Translations under genes and position numbers: made by a program
DNA from: Chitinophagales bacterium
GTDB taxonomy: Bacteria; Bacteroidota; Bacteroidia; Chitinophagales; Chitinophagaceae
Assembly (NCBI GenBank): GCA_038207175.1
Contig: JBBRAD010000016.1
Span: 14,726 to 78,725 of the forward strand
Direction: 5' to 3'
Length of the DNA: 64,000 nucleotides
Part shown: in pieces, positions 56,555-64,000 of the stretch
How positions within the stretch are numbered: position 1 is the stretch's first letter
Layout of the letters: each line of letters opens with the position of its first letter
The notes under the pieces: generated by a model
What the model was told of the DNA's origin: nothing
Seen by the model: only the letters and a program-made list of their open reading frames with translations
Database searches by the model: none

Positions 56555-57187
56555 TTATAGCTTCTCTATCAACTGGTCTACGATGCCATATTCTATAGCT
56601 TCTGTGGCATCCATCCAGTAATCCCGGTCAAAGTCTTTCATTATCTGCTCCACTGTTTTACCACAGTTTTCTGCCAGTATTTTTGCACCGAGTTCTTTGG
56701 TTTTCTGCATTTGCTTCGCATGAATTTCAATGTCGGCGCTGGTTGCCTGAAAGCGGCCCCCAAGGCTGGGCTGGTGAATCATTACTTCGCCATGCGGATA
56801 AATATATCGTTTGCCTTTTACGCCTGCACTCAGCAATATGGAGCCCATGCTTGCAGCAAGCCCCATACAAATGGTGCTTACCGGCGATTGTATCATGCGT
56901 ATGGTATCGTACATTACCATGCCGCTGGTAACCATGCCGCCTGGACTGTTGATATAAAATTTAATTTCTTCTCCGGGTTTATCAGCATCAAGCAGCAGTA
57001 ATTTATTTACCACATCTTTTGCAGATTTATCATCCACCTGCCCCCATAAATAAACAGCCCTTTTTTCCAGGAAAAGATTTTCCATTTTTTTCATCAGGGA
57101 TGCTGATATTTCGGGTTTGTCTTCTTTAGGTTCTTCTTCCTCTTCATCCTTTAAATAAGGACTTATAATGTATTTGAATTTTGCCAT
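56555..57187 (-). CDS. ClpP-family serine protease paralog with divergent, acidic N-terminal extension
   Basis: 210-aa ORF with the catalytic triad context retained (GLAASMGS, MIHQPS, DRDYWMDA). The N-terminus (KDEEEEEPKEDKPE...) lacks the canonical ClpP axial-loop sequence. Confidence 0.85.
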   Translation of the reverse strand: MAKFKYIISPYLKDEEEEEPKEDKPEISASLMKKMENLFLEKRAVYLWGQVDDKSAKDVVNKLLLLDADKPGEEIKFYINSPGGMVTSGMVMYDTIRMIQSPVSTICMGLAASMGSILLSAGVKGKRYIYPHGEVMIHQPSLGGRFQATSADIEIHAKQMQKTKELGAKILAENCGKTVEQIMKDFDRDYWMDATEAIEYGIVDQLIEKL

Positions 57188-57221
57188 GATTATAAATGCT
57201 TTTTAAATTGTTTCTTCTGTT

Positions 57222-57911
57222 TTATTTTTTTTCTTTTCTTGGGTTTGTAACAAGCACTTCATCTATTAGCCCATATTCTTTTGCATCATCAGCGCTTATC
57301 CAGAAATCACGGTCACTGTCCTTTGCTACCTGTTCCGGATCCTTCCCGCTGTGATGGGCAATGATGTTATACAATTCCTGCTTCACCCTTTTTATTTCCT
57401 TAGCTGTTATCTCAATATCTGTGGCCTGGCCGCCAATTGAACCGCTTGGCTGGTGCAGCATAATGCGGCTGTGTTTTAAGGCGCTTCTTTTTCCTTTTAC
57501 ACCCGCACACATAAGTATGGCGCCCATACTTGCGGCAATACCCGTGCATATAGTGGATACATCAGGCGTTACAAACTGCATAGTATCATAAATACCCAGG
57601 CCGGCATATACACTTCCGCCGGGGCTGTTTATATACATTTGAATGTCCCTTGTACGGTCAGTGCTGTCTAAAAATAAAAGCTGTGCGGTTACAATGTTTG
57701 CCACATAATCATCAATAGGTTCGCCAAGAAAAATGATACGGTCCATCATCAAACGGCTGAACACATCCATGCTGGCTACATTTAAAGGCCTTTCTTCAAT
57801 AATGTATGGTGTAAGATTTGTAACTTGGTGATTGCTGTATCCGTGCAGTGAATTGCTGCTTATCCCGCGGTGCTTTACAGCGTATTTTTCGAATTCCTTT
57901 CCAAAATCCAT
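57222..57911 (-). CDS. clpP: ATP-dependent Clp protease proteolytic subunit
   Basis: 229 aa from MDFGKEF. It has the canonical PYIIEERP...DVFSRLMMDRIIFLG N-terminus and the triad GIAASMGA / MLHQPS / DRDFWISA. The 444-aa ORF-track call is an artefactual upstream extension. Confidence 0.9.
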   Translation of the reverse strand: MDFGKEFEKYAVKHRGISSNSLHGYSNHQVTNLTPYIIEERPLNVASMDVFSRLMMDRIIFLGEPIDDYVANIVTAQLLFLDSTDRTRDIQMYINSPGGSVYAGLGIYDTMQFVTPDVSTICTGIAASMGAILMCAGVKGKRSALKHSRIMLHQPSGSIGGQATDIEITAKEIKRVKQELYNIIAHHSGKDPEQVAKDSDRDFWISADDAKEYGLIDEVLVTNPRKEKK

Positions 57912-58149
57912 AGTATTTATTTTATGCGATGAAGATAAGTGTTTTGCGAAATTGAAAAAGATTATTACCCAAATTCCGTGCAAACAGTTTTTTGCGACAA
58001 AAGGGCAGAAGCGGACCCAGGTTTTTGACCAAAGCAAATCCTCGCGCAGAAGAGTGCGACGCCCGCCTGAATGATGCAGTCGGGCAGGCAGGTAAAGCGG
58101 AATGCTGATATAAAAGCCCGGCTCAAAATAAAAGCAACAGTAAAAGCTG

Positions 58150-58176
58150 TTTGAAAAACCCGGTTGCGTATTTTTG
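58150..58176 (+). promoter_or_regulatory. Candidate Bacteroidetes-type promoter for dnaG
   Basis: TATTTTTG (58169..58176) matches TAnnTTTG 18 nt upstream of the ATG, with TTTG at 58150..58153. This rests on a motif match only, and the 15-nt spacer is rather short. Confidence 0.35.
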
Positions 58177-58193
58177 AATTTGCATTTGCTGAA

Positions 58194-60104
58194 ATGATTA
58201 CGCAGGAAACCATACAACTTATTACCAACCGCATTGATATAATTGATGTGGTGGGTGAATTTGTAAAGCTGAAAAAACGGGGTGCCAATTATTTGGGCAA
58301 CTGCCCTTTTCACAATGAAAAAACGCCTTCGTTTACTGTTTCTCCAGCCAAAGAAATTTATAAATGTTTTGGGTGTGGAAAAAGCGGGAACACCATCACT
58401 TTTTTGATGGAGCACGAGAAGTACAGTTATGTGGAAGCGCTTAGGTGGCTTGCAAACCGCTATAATATTGAAGTTGAGGAAACACAGGTTACCGATGAAG
58501 TAAAAATTCAGCAGCAGGTAGCGGAGAGCCTGCATATCATCAACAACTTCGCGCAAAAATTTTTTGCGCAGCAGTTATTTGATACAGAAGAAGGCGTTGC
58601 TTTGGCAATGAGTTATTTAAAAGACCGTGGTTTTCGTGAAAAGATAATAAAAAAATTTCAGTTAGGTTATAATCCTGAAGCGGGGAATACATTTACCAAA
58701 TCCGCCATGCAGCAACAGTTCAGCAGTGAGTTGCTTTTAAGAACAGGGCTTGTTGTAAACCGCAATGATGCATTTGCCGATAATTACCGCGGCCGCATAA
58801 TTTTTCCCATACACAACAATACCGGAAAAGTAATTGGTTTTGGCGCAAGGATCATTGGCAAAGCAGATAAAGCGCCAAAATATATCAACACCCCTGAAAA
58901 TGAAATTTATGTAAAAAGCAGGATTTTATACGGTTCTTATTTTGCAAGACAAGCAATTGATAAACAGGACGAATGTTTATTGGTGGAAGGATATACTGAT
59001 GTAATATCCCTGCACCAGGCAGGTATTGAAAATGTTGTAGCCAGTGGCGGGACTTCGCTTACAGCCGATCAACTGCGTCTGGTAAAAAAATATACAAATA
59101 ACCTTACCATTATTTATGACGGAGATGCTGCAGGTGTAAAAGCCGCGCTGCGCGGGCTTGACATGGCACTGGAAGAAAGCCTGAATGTAAAGCTGGTATT
59201 GATTCCCGATAGCGGGGATCCGGACAGTTATGTAAATAAAATTGGTGCAACTGCTTTTATTGATTTTATAAAAAATAATAAAAAAGATTTTATCCTTTTT
59301 CAGCTTGAAGTAATGCTGAAGGATGCGGGCAATGATGTAAGCCGCAAAAATGAAGTGGTGAACCAGGTAGCAGAAACACTGAGTAAAATAAATAAGGCCG
59401 AAGATTTTACAAAACAACAGGAATATATACGGCAATGTTCTTCTTTGCTCCGTATTGATGAAGCAGGATTAACCAGTCTTGTAAATAAATACAGGCGCGA
59501 CAGGGTTGCAAAGGAAGAAAAGAAATTGCCGTTTGAGGAACACGATAAAACTGCAGAGAAAAATCAAAACATTACTGATGATGCCTTTTTGCTTTTAAGC
59601 CAGGATGAACTGCAGGAGAAAAATGTGCTGCGCATATTGCTTGAGTACGGGCTGAATGCCTGGGACGAAGAAAAATCAATTGCTCAATATATTTTTGATG
59701 AACTGGAACAGTTTCATTTTTACAACCCTTCACTGCTGAAACTGTTTGAACTCTACAAAATGCAATACCAGCAGGGATTACAGCCTACTGCAAAAACATT
59801 ATTATATTTTGATGATGTGCAGATAAGAGAGATAGTGATTAATGTAACCCTGTTTCCTTTCGAATTAAGCTATCGCTGGGATGAGGTAATGAATAAAAAA
59901 ATACTCAACCGCGATACCAGCCATGAGGATGTGTTAAAGAGCGTGAACTACTTTAAGCTGCGTAAGATTAAAAAAATGTTTGAACAAAACCAGCTTGATA
60001 TGCAGCGATCAGAAAATTATGAAGAGCAAATGAAAATACACAGACAGCTAAAAGAAATAGAAGTGGATATTATCCGGCAATTAGGTACCGTGATATTAAA
60101 ATAA
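58194..60104 (+). CDS. dnaG: DNA primase
   Basis: From MITQETIQLI. It has the zinc-ribbon CPFHNEKTPSFTVS...CFGCG, RNA-polymerase-domain blocks and a TOPRIM domain (LVEGYTDVISL...YDGDAAG). Confidence 0.9.
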   Translation: MITQETIQLITNRIDIIDVVGEFVKLKKRGANYLGNCPFHNEKTPSFTVSPAKEIYKCFGCGKSGNTITFLMEHEKYSYVEALRWLANRYNIEVEETQVTDEVKIQQQVAESLHIINNFAQKFFAQQLFDTEEGVALAMSYLKDRGFREKIIKKFQLGYNPEAGNTFTKSAMQQQFSSELLLRTGLVVNRNDAFADNYRGRIIFPIHNNTGKVIGFGARIIGKADKAPKYINTPENEIYVKSRILYGSYFARQAIDKQDECLLVEGYTDVISLHQAGIENVVASGGTSLTADQLRLVKKYTNNLTIIYDGDAAGVKAALRGLDMALEESLNVKLVLIPDSGDPDSYVNKIGATAFIDFIKNNKKDFILFQLEVMLKDAGNDVSRKNEVVNQVAETLSKINKAEDFTKQQEYIRQCSSLLRIDEAGLTSLVNKYRRDRVAKEEKKLPFEEHDKTAEKNQNITDDAFLLLSQDELQEKNVLRILLEYGLNAWDEEKSIAQYIFDELEQFHFYNPSLLKLFELYKMQYQQGLQPTAKTLLYFDDVQIREIVINVTLFPFELSYRWDEVMNKKILNRDTSHEDVLKSVNYFKLRKIKKMFEQNQLDMQRSENYEEQMKIHRQLKEIEVDIIRQLGTVILK

Positions 60105-60201
60105 ATTATTTGTAAAATTCCGCCCGTCATTCCCATTCATATTTAAAATAACCGTTTTTTCAGCCATTCATCCAAAAAGAAAATTTTATTTGCAAAATAG
60201 G

Positions 60202-60232
60202 TTGGTTTATAAAATAAACTACTCTATATTTG
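60202..60232 (+). promoter_or_regulatory. Candidate Bacteroidetes-type promoter for the TonB-dependent receptor
   Basis: TATATTTG (60225..60232) matches TAnnTTTG 17 to 23 nt upstream of the candidate starts, with a TTG at 60202..60204 about 20 nt upstream. Motif match only. Confidence 0.35.
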
Positions 60233-60248
60233 TGTCTTCAAATTGAAA

Positions 60249-62474
60249 ATGGCTATGAAAAAATTGATTTTTATTTTAGGGTTTCTTTCAGTAACTGTTT
60301 TATTAGCTGCCCAAATAAAAATAAGCGGAACAGTAAAAGATAACAGGGGCAAACCTTTAATTGGGGCAAGCGTTTCATTAAAAAATTCTTATGATGGAAC
60401 CATATCGGACTCTCTGGGTAACTTTAGTTTTAAAACAAACGAAAAAGGTGATTTTGTTCTTTCAGTTTCCAGTATTGGTTTTTTTGATTTTGAACAACCT
60501 GTAAAAATTGATAAAGAACCAATTGTACTGCAGGTTTCATTAAAAGAAAAATTAGATGAATTAAAAGCTGTAACGGTAACTGCAGGTACATTTGAAGCCG
60601 GTGACAGAAAAAGGGCGGCAACTGTTCTTACGTCTATTGACGTTGCTACTACTGCCGGTTCCAATGCAGACATAAGTGCAGCAGTAAAAACATTACCCGG
60701 GGCGCAGCAAATCGGAGAGTCTGAAGGCTTGTTTGTACGCGGCGGTACAGGTTATGAAACCAAACAGTTTATTGACGGCACACTCGTAAACAATCCTTAT
60801 TATTCCAGTGTTCCTGATATTGCATCACGTGGCAGGTTTTCCCCTTTTCTTTTTAAAGGAACTGTTTTCACAACCGGTGGTTATTCAGCACTCTATGGGC
60901 AGGCATTATCTTCTGCGTTAATACTGGAAAGTATTGATTTGCCGGAAAAATCTACAGCCAATGCATTTGTATCACCGCTTACCTGGGGCGGCGGTTATCA
61001 AAGTTTATCAAAAGATAAAAAATCTTCCTGGGGCGCCGATTACAGTTATGTTAACCTGGGCATTTATTTCAGCCTTGTAAAACAAACGCCAGACTATTTT
61101 AAAATACCGGAATTTCATAATGCAGATGCCAATTTCCGTTTTAAAACAAAACATGGTGGCATAGTAAAATATTACACTACTTTCAGCTATGGCAACCTTG
61201 GATTAAGAAGGCCGGATATTGACAGTGCTGCATTAAAAGATGCATTTGGTTTAACCAACCATAACTGGTACAACAACCTTAGCTGGCGCGAAAACATTGG
61301 CAGTGGCTGGAAAATGAACCTGGGACTGAGTTACAGCACCAATAAAGATGACATCAATCAACAGACCCAAAACGCCTCCAATATACCGGCCACCACAGGT
61401 GTTTTTTATATTGATGATAAAAATTTCGTACTGGGGCACCGGCAGGATTTAAGCCAGGTGCGTGCCGTATTTGAAAAGAAACTCGGGGGCATCAGCGCCA
61501 TACGTTTTGGAAGTGAATACTGGTATAATTATGATAAGAGTAATTATAATGGTTATGAAACTGTATTAAAAGATAATTACAATGCGGTGTTTGCGGAGAG
61601 TGATATTTATCTTACCAATGAACTGGCTGCAAAAATCGGTGGCCGTTTTGAATACTCATCCATCATTAAAAAAGCGGATTTTGCTCCGCGCTTATCATTC
61701 GCTTATAAAACAGGCAAGAATGCGCAGGTTTCTGCATCCTATGGTATATTTTATCAGAAACCGGAAAACAGCCAATTGATTTTTACAACAAACCTCGGTT
61801 ATACAAAAGCAACGCATTATCTTATCAATTATATAAAATCTACCAGCGACAGGATATTCCGCGTAGAAGCATTTTATAAAAAATACAATGACCTTGTAAA
61901 AACTTTTCCTGATACAAGTAATAACGGAACCGGTTTTGCAAAGGGCATTGAATTTTTCTGGCGCGATAAAAAGACCATTAAGAATTTTGATTACTGGATC
62001 AGTTATTCTTACCTCGATACCAAACGCGATTACTTAAATTATCCCGAAGAACTGCAGCCAAATTTTGCCGCAAACCATACAGTATCTATTGTTACAAAAC
62101 GTTTTTTTACAAAAATAAAAACAGGCTTTAATTTCACATACACTTACGCAACGGGCCGCCCTTATTACAATTTTGTACTTAATAACGGCAAGTATGAAAT
62201 AGCCGACCAGGGCAAAACAAAAGATTATAATACGCTTGGCTTCAGCGCCAATTATGTGCCCAGCGTTGGCAAACCCAATGCAAAAACTTTTTGGGTATTA
62301 TTTGCAAGCGTAAATAATGTGCTGGGGTACAATCCTGTTTTTAATTATAGCTATTCATACAACGGTTTGGTGAAGGAACCTGTAACCACGCCCGCAAAAC
62401 GGTTTTATTTTATTGGCGTATTCTTAAGCTGGGGTGTGGACAGGACGCAGGATGCAATTAATAATAATTTGTAA
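60249..62474 (+). CDS. TonB-dependent outer-membrane receptor with carboxypeptidase-regulatory-like N-domain
   Basis: Signal peptide, then a CarbopepD_reg-like segment (ISGTVKDNRGKPLIGASVSL), a plug region and a beta-barrel with alternating-residue strands. The ATG is at 60249 or 60255. Confidence 0.8.
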   Translation: MAMKKLIFILGFLSVTVLLAAQIKISGTVKDNRGKPLIGASVSLKNSYDGTISDSLGNFSFKTNEKGDFVLSVSSIGFFDFEQPVKIDKEPIVLQVSLKEKLDELKAVTVTAGTFEAGDRKRAATVLTSIDVATTAGSNADISAAVKTLPGAQQIGESEGLFVRGGTGYETKQFIDGTLVNNPYYSSVPDIASRGRFSPFLFKGTVFTTGGYSALYGQALSSALILESIDLPEKSTANAFVSPLTWGGGYQSLSKDKKSSWGADYSYVNLGIYFSLVKQTPDYFKIPEFHNADANFRFKTKHGGIVKYYTTFSYGNLGLRRPDIDSAALKDAFGLTNHNWYNNLSWRENIGSGWKMNLGLSYSTNKDDINQQTQNASNIPATTGVFYIDDKNFVLGHRQDLSQVRAVFEKKLGGISAIRFGSEYWYNYDKSNYNGYETVLKDNYNAVFAESDIYLTNELAAKIGGRFEYSSIIKKADFAPRLSFAYKTGKNAQVSASYGIFYQKPENSQLIFTTNLGYTKATHYLINYIKSTSDRIFRVEAFYKKYNDLVKTFPDTSNNGTGFAKGIEFFWRDKKTIKNFDYWISYSYLDTKRDYLNYPEELQPNFAANHTVSIVTKRFFTKIKTGFNFTYTYATGRPYYNFVLNNGKYEIADQGKTKDYNTLGFSANYVPSVGKPNAKTFWVLFASVNNVLGYNPVFNYSYSYNGLVKEPVTTPAKRFYFIGVFLSWGVDRTQDAINNNL

Positions 62475-62768
62475 GAGGCAACAGGAATTGAAAAAAACAT
62501 AAGAAAATGTTTGGACCGGGCTTTGGTAAAAAAAATTAAACTTCGTTGCGTCGCGCACTTGTACTGAGTAAATTTTATCATCAAACGTGAAATGACAAGC
62601 GTGAAAGATCTCATCTATCACTTTTTATAAATAGCTCAGTAACATTCCTGCATGTTGAAGTGAGTGACACAACAGGTGGTGAGTGAGGAACAAAAGCCGG
62701 GCTAAAAGAAAAAAATCATTCAATATAAAAACTAAAAAATCAAACAAAACCAATAAAACAGTAAAACA

Positions 62769-63407
62769 ATGAAACAATTATTTTTATGCATTGCCTTAGC
62801 GGCAACCACAATGGTTCATGCACAAAGCGATAAGTATGCAACTGCCATGCAGCAAAATTTCACCCTGATGGACAGTGCAAAAACAACAGCCGATTTTGCA
62901 GCAGTATCTGCAGCATTTGAAAGAATTGGCGATGCCGAAAAAACGCAATGGCTCCCTTATTATTATGCAGGCCTTTCTTTAACCATTCCTGCATGGGCAG
63001 ATCCTAATGTGGACAAAGATGCCAATTCAGAAAAAATAAAATCGTTTTGTGATAAAGCTGATGCCCTTACAGGCGACAATGCTGACAAAGCTGAAATTGA
63101 AGCAGTGCGCAATATGGCGGCCACCCAGCAAATGATGGTTGACCCGCAAAGCCGCTGGCAAACTTATGGTATGGAAGCAGGCGCTACGTTGCAGCAGGGT
63201 ATGCAGCTTGACCCGAATAACCCGCGCCTGTACTATCTGCAGGGTATGAGCTTATTTGGCACACCTGTACAATTTGGCGGCGGCAAAGATAAAGCAAAAC
63301 CTGTTTTTGAAAAAGCGCTTGCTTTATTTAAAGCTGCACAACCAAAACCTATGTACCCGCATTGGGGGCAGCAGCAAACTGAAAGTATGATTCCGCAATG
63401 CAATTAA
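62769..63407 (+). CDS. Hypothetical secreted protein (helical, TPR-like)
   Basis: 212-aa ORF with signal peptide MKQLFLCIALAATTMVHAQ and Ala/Gln-rich helical composition. I recognised no domain. Confidence 0.5.
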   Translation: MKQLFLCIALAATTMVHAQSDKYATAMQQNFTLMDSAKTTADFAAVSAAFERIGDAEKTQWLPYYYAGLSLTIPAWADPNVDKDANSEKIKSFCDKADALTGDNADKAEIEAVRNMAATQQMMVDPQSRWQTYGMEAGATLQQGMQLDPNNPRLYYLQGMSLFGTPVQFGGGKDKAKPVFEKALALFKAAQPKPMYPHWGQQQTESMIPQCN

Positions 63408-63434
63408 TTTGTTTTATCATTTGACATCATAGCA

Positions 63435-64000
63435 ATGCAGCAGTTGTTTAATGTGCTATTGGTTTTTCATATTGCAGGCGGTACGCTTGGCCTTATCTGC
63501 GGCACTATTGCCGCGGCTGTTATCAAAGGGAAAAAAGCGCACCTGCTGAATGGAAAATAATTTTCCGTAGGTATGTTAACGGCTGCTGCAGCTGCTTTAG
63601 TAATAAGTAATTTACCCGGCCACGAAAATATTTTTTTGTTTGCCGTAGGTGGTTTTACTTTTTATATGTAACAACAGGGTACAGGATAGTATGGCTGAAA
63701 CGGAATAATGCAAAACGCCCAAAAACCTTTACTGTACTGAATTACGGGCTGTTTGTATTTGGCGTTTGCTTTAGTTTTTTTCTTTTATTTATGTCAGTAA
63801 AAGGAGCTGTTGAAGGCAATATGTTTTCGCTTGTACCCGGCCTATTCGGTCTTATCTGTTTAAACTTTGCCCGTATGGATTATAAATTATTTTCAGGTAA
63901 AGAATCTATAAAGCAATTTTGGATCACCAGCCATATTACACGTACGATGGGCGCACTTATTGCATCTTAAACGACATTTCTTGTAGTAAATGTGCAGATA
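63435..64000 (+). pseudogene. Disrupted gene for a multi-pass membrane protein (2 frameshifts plus 1 in-frame stop), running off the window
   Basis: MQQLFNVLLVFHIAGGTLGLICGTIAAAV...NGK stops at 63558. The reading resumes in another frame (FSVGMLTAAAAALVISNLPGHENIFLFAVGGFTFYM), then a third (VTTGYRIVWLKRNN...FWITSHITRTMGALIAS). An in-frame TAA at 63967 is followed by TTFLVVNVQI. Confidence 0.55.

Noticed and set aside
57912-58556. N-terminal 215 aa of the 444-aa minus-strand ORF (57222..58556) in the ORF track.
   Set aside because: Only the last 229 aa are ClpP-like, starting at the ATG at 57911. The upstream part is low-complexity and overlaps the well-supported dnaG gene on the opposite strand. 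It is an open-frame artefact.
1-64000. A search for tRNA, rRNA, tmRNA, riboswitch-like leaders, transposases, integrases and toxin-antitoxin pairs.
   Set aside because: I saw no cloverleaf-compatible sequence with T-loop consensus, no rRNA-like stretch and no recombinase-like ORF. Absence cannot be proven by eye, and tRNAscan/Infernal would be decisive.

Overview
This 64-kb window reads as a mostly housekeeping chromosomal segment from a Bacteroidota genome, probably Chitinophagia-like. That assignment is an inference from the SusC/SusD pair, T9SS components and cargo, the fused lpxC-fabZ, Bacteroidetes-type TAnnTTTG promoter boxes and the moderately AT-rich sequence. I recognised no rRNA, tRNA, CRISPR array, transposase, integrase or phage genes.

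Gene content, left to right:
- map (5' truncated) and a BaiN-like flavoprotein.
- Two tandem M4 (thermolysin-like) metalloproteases with T9SS C-terminal sorting domains. The first carries an internally duplicated FN3+GEVED module.
- A TonB-dependent receptor, bshA, an M28 peptidase and an amidohydrolase.
- A polysaccharide-utilisation locus under ECF-sigma/FecR control: SusC with an STN domain, SusD, a LamG lipoprotein and two GH144-like enzymes.
- paaABCD, gldH, yicC, sucD, an MlaF-like ATPase, lysA, scpB and an isolated atpG.
- secA, an acyl-CoA dehydrogenase, a ComEA-like protein, an MBL hydrolase and porX.
- A SAMHD1-like HD phosphohydrolase, lpxD, lpxC-fabZ, lpxA, clpX with two clpP paralogs, dnaG and a second TonB-dependent receptor.

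The signals not explained by genes are all non-coding or degenerate:
- A 21-bp, helically phased TGTACG array with a 63-bp higher-order unit.
- Families of REP/MITE-like palindromic elements, one pair bracketing the amidohydrolase gene.
- A recurrent GAAG-N-GTGCGACGCAAC intergenic motif.
- Word-stutter leader sequences in several intergenic leaders.
- Two multiply disrupted pseudogenes.

I did not find a convincing novel multi-gene system such as a defence island.
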